Below, piece by piece: positions 1 through 9,400 of a DNA stretch of 24,229 bases. Position 1 is the first letter of the stretch, and the number at the start of each line of letters is the position of its first letter. A program made the position numbers and the translations under genes. Origin of the DNA: a virus (Duplodnaviria; Caudoviricetes). Under the pieces are notes generated by a model, which saw only the letters and a program-made list of their open reading frames with translations, was not told the DNA's origin and did not search any database. The stretch covers positions 1-24,229 of IMG/VR virus record IMGVR_UViG_3300044448_001381. The stretch is one strand, 5' to 3'.

Positions 1-3000
1 AAGAGAGCTCTTCGTCGCGCTGCTCGCGGCCGATCTCTCCGTAGAGCTCGCGCTGCCGAGCCTCGAGCGCGGCTGCCACTTCGCGCACCTTGTATTTGCC
101 ACCTGGCTCTAGCCCATACTTCTCCAGCGTCTCGCTGCCCCGGCGGATGTCGTCGGTTTGCTCCAAGATGCGGGCGCTGCTGCTGAAGTCGCCGCGGTTC
201 TGGGTGGACTTAATCTGTGCGGGATCAAATACCGCAATGCCCCCGCTGATAGTGTCCACGATCCCGTCAAACCCTTCAGCACGGACCTCGGCGTCAAGCT
301 GACTAAACGCCTCGTCACGCGACGCTCCCGCGTCCATTTTCTCTTGCGCTCGCTTGGCGTAGACGTCTGCACTGATGGGTTTCTGGACAGCTAGGTAGGC
401 AGGGTAAACTTGTGGCGCGTCGCCTCGGCCCGTCATCTGCGCGAACTCGGCGCTGCTGCTGGCTGCTTCGCCTGTAGCGGCAAAGTAGAACTTGCGCGGC
501 CCCCAACCCATGCCGCGTTGCATGCCCTCAGCGTCTGTCGCCTTCAGAATGTCAAACCGATCAAAGCTACGGGCGCTGCCATGGTAGACCCTTAGCGGCT
601 GGCCGTTCTCGTCGACGACCGTGCTGCCCCCGAACCACGCGACGAAGTTGTCTGCGGCTGGGCGGCCATTCGGAGCGACGCGGTCGCCGAAAGTTTGAGC
701 TGCCCACGACACTACCTCAGGCCGGTAGGTGCTGGGGTCGTAGTCGGCGTCAGCTGGCTGGTCAAAGTCCTCGCTAAACAGGATGGCGTCTGGGTCGTCG
801 AAGGCGTCCGGGTCTTCATCCTCTGGGCGCTGCGGGCGTGACCGCTCGCCGGCCTCGCGCTCCATCCGATCCATGCGTTCGCCTGTGAACCCCTCAGCAG
901 TCACCATTGACCCGTCTAGCGCGTCGTTCACGGCGTTGAGGAACGCCGTCTCTAGACCCTCGGTCTCGACGTTGTATCCGTCTAAGAACCCAGCAGCCTG
1001 CGCTTCTCGAGCTGCGGCCTCAATGTTGCTTCCCCCTTCTCGGCGAACCAAGCGGCGCTGCCGAAGCTGCCCAGACCGCGCCTCAATGTCGACGCCCATC
1101 TTGCGCCACTGATCTAGAGTGAAGCCTCCTTGAGCGTTTACAAACCCAAGCAGCTCTTGCGGACGTCGTCCTGAGCGTAGGTTCTGCGCGCGCGCGTCGG
1201 CCGCAGGTTGAACGCGGCCGTCCAGGTTGCGCACAATCTCTAGGCCAAGATTGTCGAACCACTGGTCGAACGGCAAGCCCTCCTGGACGTTGAAGTTCTT
1301 GTAGGCCGCTCGCATCATGCCCATCTGCATCTCGATCGCTGCAGACGCTTCGCTGCCCGTAACCTTGGCGTCTCGATACATTCCCACCAACGCGCGACGC
1401 ACTTTGCCTACCTGGTCGGCCTCGCGGTTGTGCTCTTCCAGCGCCTGCTCAACAGCCGCCTCTTCGGCTTCAACAGGATCGCCAAATCCTTCTGCCGCCT
1501 CTGTCGCTCCAGCAGCTCGGCGCGTTTCTTGCCGAGCTCGCTCCACGGCCTCCTCGCGCTCTTGGAACTCCTCGAAGGACATGCGGTCGTCGCCCATGCG
1601 GAACGCGGGCTTGATCGCGTCAAACAGCCCCTTGCGGGGGACCACCTCGGTCTTGATTCGGTCAATGCCGACCACGACGTCGACCGTGTCGCCCAGCAAC
1701 TGCTCTAGCTCCTCGGCTTGCTCCATCTCAGGCATGATGTCGCGAGCCTCGTCTTCGCCGATGCCAGCTGCGCGGAGCTTCTCCCGCAACTTGTAAAGCG
1801 GGATCTTGACGTTCTCTGCGCCACTGTCCCGCGCAACCTCTTGCATCCACTGGCGGAACGAATCGGGGTCGCGGTCAGCCAACTCTGCAGGAGCCTCTTG
1901 GATCTTGGTCAGGATGTCTTGCGTGCGCGTAACTTCCTTCTTTTCCAAGCTGCGCATCGCGGCAGCTCGATACACGCCGCCGACTCCGCCGATTACCGTC
2001 ATGCCTTGAGAGACTTCCTTGATCGTCTCCCACACCTCAGATCCAAACTGCCCCTCCGAGATGCGTGACTGGTAGGTCTGTCCGTCTAGACCCACTACAG
2101 TCCCAGCGTCTCGAAGGCCCAAGCCGGCCCCTAGAGCCTCCGCAATCATGCGGGCGTTCTCCATGCCAGAGGTCGAGACGCCGCCTTGCCGGGCGATTTC
2201 CTCGAACACCATTTCGTTAATGGTCTGGCCCGTTTCAGTTGCGGTCTCCGTAAGCACCGCGCTCCCTACCGCCTTGCCAATGTCTTTGGCTGTGTCGGTG
2301 ATGCGGACCTTGTCTAGAGGGTTGCGGCTGGTGGTCTTGCGGACCCACTCACCGATAGGGGTCTTGCTGGCTAGACCGGCTACAGCCTTCGCGCCAATGT
2401 AGTCCAGAGCCATGTTGCCTAAGCCCACCGCAATCATGCTGCTGCGGATGGCTCGAGAGTCGTAGTGGCGGTCGTGCATGTCGATAGCCGACAAGCCGCT
2501 GTTGACCATGAAGCTGTTGGCCAAGTAGCCGGTGGTCATGCCCGCCTTGAACCCAATTGCCGCGCCGGGAATCGCGCCAGCGCCCAGAGCAAAAGCGCCC
2601 GCAGCCGCGCCAGCGCCAGCGCCCGCTGCCCCGTATGGCAGAGCAGAAACTGCACCCTCAACAAACTGCCCTGAAAGCGTCAGGGCTGGCGACAGGAACG
2701 CAATGTCTGCACCCTCGAGCTCTCGCAGCTCGTTCTGCAGCTTGGCTATCTGCTCCCACTGCTCAGGGCTGAGGTCGCTAAGCGCCATGCCGGCAGCCTC
2801 TTTGCCCAGCTTGTTGAGCAGCCAGCCCTTCTTGGCGTCGTTGAAGAGCTGCTCCACAGTCGTGAGCTCAGGCGTGATGTCCCACGCTACGTTGGCGAAC
2901 CGGGGGTTGGTCAGCGCGTCGTAGGTGCTTGGAGCTGTCTTGCGCAGACGCTCGCGATCAACTTGGAGAGACTGAAAGATCCGCCGATAGGTCGGCAGGT

Positions 3001-3343
3001 TGTCTCGGATCGCGGCCTCAGAGACTCCGTAGTCCTCTAGCTTGTGGCCAATCTTCCTGATCTCAGATCGCAGCCTAGCGTCCTGCTGTGACGCCAAGCG
3101 GAAGGCGGTTACGAAGTCCTGCTCTCGCTGCTCGGGCGACTTGGCTGGCCCCAAGGGCGTCATCGGCGGGCGCGCGAGCTCAAGCTCGGCCGGGTCCACG
3201 GCCGTCCCAAATTGATACAGCAGCCGGCGGAAGCCTGGGGGAGTCGGTGGCGTAGTGTTGCTGTAGAAGTCGCTGCGCGGCGGCTGCGGCCCTTGCTGGC
3301 CGCTAGCAGGGAACAAAGGCGGGATCAGGCTGTTGTTGCTCAT
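1..3343 (-). CDS. Large internal virion / ejection protein (positional equivalent of T7 gp16), polyvalent type with an ART domain; partial, runs off the left edge
   Basis: Manual translation from ATG at 3343 (MSNNSLIPPLFPASGQQGPQ...) stays open to base 2 (>1100 codons). It is absent from the ORF track because there is no stop in the window. Contains a Gly/Ala hydrophobic stretch (YGAAGAGAGAAAGAFALGAGAIPGAAIG) and an ART-like region. Follows two other internal virion genes. Confidence 0.88.
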   Translation of the reverse strand, partial: MSNNSLIPPLFPASGQQGPQPPRSDFYSNTTPPTPPGFRRLLYQFGTAVDPAELELARPPMTPLGPAKSPEQREQDFVTAFRLASQQDARLRSEIRKIGHKLEDYGVSEAAIRDNLPTYRRIFQSLQVDRERLRKTAPSTYDALTNPRFANVAWDITPELTTVEQLFNDAKKGWLLNKLGKEAAGMALSDLSPEQWEQIAKLQNELRELEGADIAFLSPALTLSGQFVEGAVSALPYGAAGAGAGAAAGAFALGAGAIPGAAIGFKAGMTTGYLANSFMVNSGLSAIDMHDRHYDSRAIRSSMIAVGLGNMALDYIGAKAVAGLASKTPIGEWVRKTTSRNPLDKVRITDTAKDIGKAVGSAVLTETATETGQTINEMVFEEIARQGGVSTSGMENARMIAEALGAGLGLRDAGTVVGLDGQTYQSRISEGQFGSEVWETIKEVSQGMTVIGGVGGVYRAAAMRSLEKKEVTRTQDILTKIQEAPAELADRDPDSFRQWMQEVARDSGAENVKIPLYKLREKLRAAGIGEDEARDIMPEMEQAEELEQLLGDTVDVVVGIDRIKTEVVPRKGLFDAIKPAFRMGDDRMSFEEFQEREEAVERARQETRRAAGATEAAEGFGDPVEAEEAAVEQALEEHNREADQVGKVRRALVGMYRDAKVTGSEASAAIEMQMGMMRAAYKNFNVQEGLPFDQWFDNLGLEIVRNLDGRVQPAADARAQNLRSGRRPQELLGFVNAQGGFTLDQWRKMGVDIEARSGQLRQRRLVRREGGSNIEAAAREAQAAGFLDGYNVETEGLETAFLNAVNDALDGSMVTAEGFTGERMDRMEREAGERSRPQRPEDEDPDAFDDPDAILFSEDFDQPADADYDPSTYRPEVVSWAAQTFGDRVAPNGRPAADNFVAWFGGSTVVDENGQPLRVYHGSARSFDRFDILKATDAEGMQRGMGWGPRKFYFAATGEAASSSAEFAQMTGRGDAPQVYPAYLAVQKPISADVYAKRAQEKMDAGASRDEAFSQLDAEVRAEGFDGIVDTISGGIAVFDPAQIKSTQNRGDFSSSARILEQTDDIRRGSETLEKYGLEPGGKYKVREVAAALEARQRELYGEIGREQRDEELS
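170..649 (-). other. ADP-ribosyltransferase-like domain (ART-PolyVal type) within the large ejection protein
   Basis: NFVAWFGGSTVVDENGQPLRVYHGS...GWGPRKFYFA...QVYPAYLAVQKP...EGFDGIV...IAVFDPAQIKSTQNRGDF follows the motif order known for ART domains of phage polyvalent proteins. Confidence 0.82.
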
Positions 3344-3348
3344 GCGTC

Positions 3349-5688
3349 TTAGTTGCGCTTCAAGTCAAGCATGTCCATCGCACCGCCCATGACGCGCTCG
3401 TAAAGACTGCGCTCAGGGCTTGGGATTGTCGCTGCCCGCGGGTCTCGCTGGTCGCGAGGCAGGCTCAGTTGGCGCAGGTATTCGTCCGCAATTTCTTGCG
3501 GCCCGATGTAGACATTGGTCCCTAGTCGGTCTTTCAAAATTTCCGTGATGGCGTCTTGGGCGTTCTTGCCCACGTTTGCATTTAGCCACTCCACAGAAGT
3601 GAACTTGCGCACTGGCACCTCTAGACCTTCAACTTCCGACGTCTCGTCTGTGACCTGACTGATGTCTTCGATGATGCCAGGCATTGCCTGTTCCCAATCT
3701 GTGCCGTCGCTGCCCCCGTGCAGGCCATACCTCCGCAGAAACTCATCCGACTCCATCACAGAGTTCAGAGCTTTGCGTTGACCAGAACGGCGCGCGCGTT
3801 GGTTGACGTCGTCATCCTTGTTAGTGCCTAAACCAACAAGGCTCACGATGTTCTGCTTGATCTGGGCGATTCGGTCATCTCGAGCCTCACGCTGACTCTC
3901 AACCCTCGCCTTGCTCAAGTTGCGCCAAGAGCTCATGTACCTGCGGACCTCCTTGGCGTCGGTGACACCAAGGGCGGTCAGCATGCCCCGCACTTCGTCC
4001 CTCGTCATGGTGCTCCACTGCACCGGCACGCCGGGGGTAAAGACGCTGCGCGTATCCATGCCCATGGCGTAGAGATCAGCCATGTCTTGGGTGTCCACAG
4101 TGACGATGCCACCTTCTTCTAGCTCGTCGAGGACGAGGCGGATCTCGGTGTTGACGCTTTCAAGCCTCGCCTCGCGCTGTGGGGCTTGAGCCTCCGTCAC
4201 CGTCTTGACCACCGCGCCTAGCTGCCCTGTGCGGCGCAGCTCGTTGATATTGGGCAGCGAGAAAAGGTCGGCGTCGGGGTCTTGCCGCAGGAACTGCATG
4301 GCCTCGTCGTAGGCAGCGGCACCCTGCTCAAGGTGATCTCGCTGCATCTGCGCAATCTTTCGCGTCGCTTGGCCCCGAAACCGGTCAGCTTCGTCTGGCG
4401 GCAGGTTGCGCTTCGCAATCATGTCTTCGACCTTGCCGCGGATATACACAGCCCGCTGCGAAGGACTTGGCAACTCGTCCTCAGGGGTTGGACCTTCTGG
4501 CCCAACCTCTGAAGCCGAGATGATTTGGTTGAGCTCAGACGACATCTGGTTGGCAGCTTCGGCGTCTGCCGCGGCCTGCTGGGTCTTCATCGCCGCGGTG
4601 CGGCCCCGCTTAATCTGCGCGCGGTATTGCTCGCGCTCTAGGGTCGTCAGGCTCGAGCGCATCTCTTCGGCCGAAGGCTCCTGCTCAACGTATCGGCCTT
4701 CTGGGTCTTGCAGCGGCATGTTCGCGGGGAACGTGTAGTAGCGGCCGTTGTCAGGCCGGTAGTACCACTTCATGCCCGCAGCCTTTTCACCCTTCAGCGT
4801 CTTGTGAAACGTCGGGTGGTGCGGCTTCTTCAAGATCATGCCAGTGTTTGGCCCGCGGTCTACGCGGCTAGGCCAGTGCCCATCCTCTGGCTCAATGCCT
4901 GCAGCGACAGCATCGTCCATGTAGTAGTCGACGCCAGCGTCGTCGTCGCCCGTCCGCAGCATTGCCTCGGCGTCGTCGTAGCGGCCCGCTGTAATTAGGC
5001 TCGCGACAGCCCTAGAGTGCGCAGCGCGCTCTGCATCGCGGACTGTTTGCGCGCGCTCTTGCGGCCCCTGGCCTTGCAGGTCGGCAAAGTCGCCAGCAAC
5101 TTGGCGCAACTCGGCCAAAGCGTATCGGCGCTCCTGCATCATCTGAGCTGCAGCCGCCGGATCGTCTGGCGTCGGCTGCGTCATCAAGCCCACGTAGTCT
5201 TGGGCGTGGCTGTCGACTGCTGCCTTCTTCTCGCCAACGTTGTAGGCGCGCACCTGTTGAGCTGCGTGGCTGTCAATAAGGCTGCGAGACCTGTCGCGAC
5301 GCTGCTTGCTGTATCTTTCGTAGAGCTCGCGCTGCCGCGGGTTCTGCAGTCTTTCGCCAAACTGCTGGCGCTGCTGCTCTAGCTCGGTCACGGCGGCTTC
5401 GTAGCCGTCCTTGGCGGCGCGGCCTAGCTGGCTGCGAAACCCCTTCATGGGGTCTAGCACGCCTCGAGTGTATTCATCAAACAGGTTGGCGGCCGACTGC
5501 ACCTCAGCCTCGTCTACCTCCACCTGCATCTGCTCGCCTAGCGCGCCGACCCCTTGCCCGAACGTCGACATGGCTTGACTGATCTGCTCGGCTTGAGCTA
5601 AGCCAGGGGGCGTGGGGATGCCAGGCGATCGCGCAGCTCGAAACCCTGCAGACGTGGCTGGCATTGCGCCAAACTTGGGCACCCTCAT
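3349..5688 (-). CDS. Internal virion / ejection protein (T7 gp15 position), 779 aa
   Basis: Helical Q/A/E/R-rich protein with a Pro-rich N-terminus (MRVPKFG...); position between the small and large ejection genes; SD-like GAGGAGGAG upstream. Confidence 0.75.
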   Translation of the reverse strand: MRVPKFGAMPATSAGFRAARSPGIPTPPGLAQAEQISQAMSTFGQGVGALGEQMQVEVDEAEVQSAANLFDEYTRGVLDPMKGFRSQLGRAAKDGYEAAVTELEQQRQQFGERLQNPRQRELYERYSKQRRDRSRSLIDSHAAQQVRAYNVGEKKAAVDSHAQDYVGLMTQPTPDDPAAAAQMMQERRYALAELRQVAGDFADLQGQGPQERAQTVRDAERAAHSRAVASLITAGRYDDAEAMLRTGDDDAGVDYYMDDAVAAGIEPEDGHWPSRVDRGPNTGMILKKPHHPTFHKTLKGEKAAGMKWYYRPDNGRYYTFPANMPLQDPEGRYVEQEPSAEEMRSSLTTLEREQYRAQIKRGRTAAMKTQQAAADAEAANQMSSELNQIISASEVGPEGPTPEDELPSPSQRAVYIRGKVEDMIAKRNLPPDEADRFRGQATRKIAQMQRDHLEQGAAAYDEAMQFLRQDPDADLFSLPNINELRRTGQLGAVVKTVTEAQAPQREARLESVNTEIRLVLDELEEGGIVTVDTQDMADLYAMGMDTRSVFTPGVPVQWSTMTRDEVRGMLTALGVTDAKEVRRYMSSWRNLSKARVESQREARDDRIAQIKQNIVSLVGLGTNKDDDVNQRARRSGQRKALNSVMESDEFLRRYGLHGGSDGTDWEQAMPGIIEDISQVTDETSEVEGLEVPVRKFTSVEWLNANVGKNAQDAITEILKDRLGTNVYIGPQEIADEYLRQLSLPRDQRDPRAATIPSPERSLYERVMGGAMDMLDLKRN

Positions 5689-5690
5689 CT

Positions 5691-6416
5691 CTAGCTCCTC
5701 CTCATGTATGCGGCCCGGTCTTTCAGGAATCCGCCAGTCGCCGAGATAAACTGCGCGCCTCCTGAGCTCAGCGGCTCAATGCGGTTGGCGGCGCTTCGCA
5801 GACTGCCAGCTCCGACGTTAGACAGCAGGCTCTGGTTGCGGAAGTTGGTTTCAGCAACACGAGCATCCCCAGCCCTGGATACAGCTTGGCGGTTGATAGC
5901 AACCCGCTGCACTTCCTTGACGATCTCGGTGGTGTCCGTGACGTCTCTGGCGCTGCCTTGGTCGATCACAACGCCGCGCGCTGCGGCGCTGGTACGCTGG
6001 CGCGCCTTAACCTGACCCGCCTCAGCAGTCATCTGAGCAATTGCAGCTCGCCCCTGCTGCATCATCGCCCCTGCGTTTCGCTCCGCGCGGCGAGCATTCA
6101 TGTTGCTCATGAACGCTTCATGCTCAAGCATTCGAGCCTGCCCCTTGGCCTGCTCCTTGCCGACTTGCGCAGAGTAAACTGCGCCGAAAATGCTAGAGAC
6201 CGCGCCAGCAATTGAGGTTGCCAGCCCAATGTTCTGCAGGCTTGCTGCGGTCTCGGCGTTCTGAATAGCGTCTGCCTGCGTCTGCATTGCAGGGCTAAAC
6301 ACCTGCTCGCCTGGCTGGTTGATTGGCACGGCCGGCGTGCCGCCAAAGATTGGCGTGAGCAGCTGGCTCTGATCTAGCCCGTAGAACGGGTCGCCGTGGT
6401 TGGGCGTGTGTGGCAT
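5691..6416 (-). CDS. Small internal virion / ejection protein (T7 gp14 position), 241 aa
   Basis: Hydrophobic Gly/Ala segment (IGLATSIAGAVSSIFGAV) followed by a coiled region and a QRTSAAARGVVIDQGSARDV motif typical of this class; directly after the nozzle; GGAG upstream. Confidence 0.78.
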   Translation of the reverse strand: MPHTPNHGDPFYGLDQSQLLTPIFGGTPAVPINQPGEQVFSPAMQTQADAIQNAETAASLQNIGLATSIAGAVSSIFGAVYSAQVGKEQAKGQARMLEHEAFMSNMNARRAERNAGAMMQQGRAAIAQMTAEAGQVKARQRTSAAARGVVIDQGSARDVTDTTEIVKEVQRVAINRQAVSRAGDARVAETNFRNQSLLSNVGAGSLRSAANRIEPLSSGGAQFISATGGFLKDRAAYMRRS

Positions 6417-9400
6417 CTAGTCTCCAATCTCCGTGAGCAGGCAGATGTTCAGAATAGTGGCAGGCAAAGGCAGCGACTGACGGACAAACATCTGCCCGCT
6501 CTGCGTCCACTCAGACGGGACAGATGTCTCAAACTCGCCGGACTGCAGCGAGTTGGTGGTCATGCTGTCGACAGTGACAAGCGACGAGCTCGACGGCCCT
6601 ACCTGCAGGCCGGCGGTGTTTAGCAGCCTCAGCCAAGCGTCGCGAACGATCTTGCTGGTGCCTTGCCCAAACCCTTCGACCTGGTAAGCCTGCGGCAACG
6701 TCTGCATGTCGCTGTCGTAGCTCAAGCCGACGATGACGCGCGCAGCCGGCGACCCCAAGCTGATCTCGCCATTGGCGACTGTGTAGGTCTTGGTGTAGCT
6801 GCCATCCTCTACAGCTTGCACGGTCTGCCCGTTCAGGTGCGCCAAACCAGTCACCGTCTTGGTAGCCATGGCCCACGTCGAGATCGTCGCGCTGTAGACC
6901 GTCTGCGGCAGGTCGCGCAGGAGGCGCACGTCTACCTCGGTCCCGCTTGGAGCTGTCAGGATTTCCATCGAGTAGCTCTCGCCGCCCGAGGTCACCTGCA
7001 AGAACTCCCCGATGTCCGCAGGGCTAAACGCCACGCCACTAGCAGTGACGCGCACGGTGTCGCCTACCCGGTAGCTTGCCGTCTGCTGGAACGTGATCGT
7101 GGCCCCGCCAGTGTAGGTGCTCGAGTATCCGTCGCGCACCGAGGCGCTGTCGACGAACACGCTGTCGTCAAGGTCGACCACGACGTCGGGGACCATGCGC
7201 TCGATGCTCCGAACTCCGTCCCGCACCACTACGACGTAGGTCGTATCCTGCAGCCCTTCAGGCACAACGCACACGCTCTCAAACGACGCGGTGCCGCTGT
7301 CGTGCTGGTGCCAAGCCATCACCTCCTCTTCGGGAATGTAGGTGCATCCCAGCAGCTTGTTGCTGCTGCTGACCCACCACATGATCGGATACGGCGCTTG
7401 CTGGAACGCAGCGTCGGTGAGCTCGTAGTTGTCGAACAGGTGCGAGGCTCGCAGGCTGATGTCGCCGGACAAGTAGCCCTGCCTCTGCTGGTTAAACATC
7501 ACCGACCGAACGTGCCCGCCGCGCGCCGCGGCGTAGGCCACGACGTTGTTGACCATGATCGGCTGGACGTTGTTGGCACCCACCTCTCCTTGCTGGCGGA
7601 CAGCCACGGTCTCCGGCGTGATTGCGTCGCTGTTGATGGTAAACAAGCGCCACTCGCCCTGCTGGGTCAGCAGCATCAAGTCTTGCATCGGCACAATGTG
7701 CCGGACCACCGCGGCCTCTCGAGCTGCAAGCGTCACGCTGATGCGGTCGGTGTCTTTGACTGGCAGCGAGTAGCTCATGTCTGACTCGGTGCCGCTGCGC
7801 GTCATCAACAACGTGCGCGGGCGGTTGTTGCTGCCGCCGAATACGCGCCGCTGCTCGAAGTAGCTGACTGCGCGGGCGTGGTTGTTGGTCCCGTTCAGGA
7901 AGTCGTCGCGCAGCGGGGGCGTGATCGACATGTCTTCTTCGGCGCTGTTGTCGTCGACGAAGGTCGTCTCTTCGGTCTCGGCGATCAGCCCGAACAGCCC
8001 GTCGAACTCGCGGTAGACGCGGTAGCGCACAGCTCCAGGGATCGCATTCCACGTCAGCGTGTTGGTTGCGCCGGCCACGTCAATGATGTTGCTAGCGGTA
8101 GCTGGCGTGTCCTGCGCAAAGCTCTCGCTGCGCGCAGCGTCCAGAGCTGTCACCTTGTATTTCTGCTCGCGATCTGCGCTGTTGCTAGCGAAGTAGACAT
8201 TGACGTCGACGTAACGCGTCCCCGTCGCTGTATACGGTGCGCCAGAGCCTCTGCCAGGCATCCACGTCCCATCTTCTCGCTGGAAGCGAATCCGGTAGTC
8301 GCCAACGTTTGTTATGTCTTTCGCCGTGCTGTGACCTACTTGGTAGTAGCCGTCGCCTGACTTGTCCGCTGGGAAATACTGGCTAGCTGACCCGCCAGAC
8401 GGAGTGCTGCTGTGTTCAATGAACACTATGTCGCCGACGGCTAGACCTTTAGCTCCTGAAAATCGCAGGGTAGATGCGGCGGTGGAGTTTGGGGCTGTCT
8501 CTCCAAACGCAAACTCAGCGATGTGGCCAGTAGGGCCGACGCCGCCCATACTCGCCAAGCTGATGTGAAGGTATTCTAGCGTCAGCTTTAGTTTTGCGCC
8601 TCGGTCAACGGTAGGCGTGCCTAGCGTAGGCGTCGCAACGTTTGGCTCGAACGTGACCGACTGCGTCGACCAGTGGGCTAGGCCGTAGCGGATGAGCTCA
8701 AGCGGCGCGTGGCTCGGGTGCGCCAACGTCATGACGTCGTTGCTCTGCGTGTAGGTCAGCTTAGCCAGCTCTGTGTCGCTGTAGGGCAGGTCAAACGTGT
8801 AGGTGCCGTCTTCAGGCAGCAGCTCCCACTTGCTCATCACTGGCGTAGCCGCCAAACCCGTGACGTCTACTGTTGCTCGGTAGACGCCATGCGTGGCCCC
8901 GCCACCCTCTGTTCCAGCAAAGAAGACTGTAGCTCCCTCGAGGTATCGGCGATGCCAGTCTTGATCGCCCATCGAAGCCGTTGCAGTCAGGGCTGGGCCG
9001 TTGCGCACATCGCTGATGCGAAAGTTGTTCGCGTCTACTACCTCGACGACGTAGTAGTCGATGGTCGTGTAGAACCCCAGCGTCTCTAGCGTTGGGCTAG
9101 TGGTCTGCGACCGGAAGCGGATGGTGTCGCCAACAGCTAGCCCGTGACTGGTTGACTCAATATCCTGCAGGTCGTCCGTCTGGGCATTGATTGCTTGGTT
9201 GCCGCCTTGGTAGTTATCGGGCACCTCGCTGTTAAGGAACACCCGCAGCGTCCCCGACAGCGTGCCGTCAATGCCTTGCGCACTGCCGCCTGATTGGTTC
9301 AGCGTAATTGTGCGGCTGTCTACAACCTGCGCCTTGTAGGTCGTTCCGGGGGTTAGCCCTAGCATTTCGCTGCCGATGAGCTGGACCTCGTCGTTGGTCG

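Noticed and set aside
90-2924. Numerous short track ORFs suggesting a gene-poor or fragmented left end
   Set aside because: The region is fully covered by one open minus-strand frame from 3343 to the window edge.
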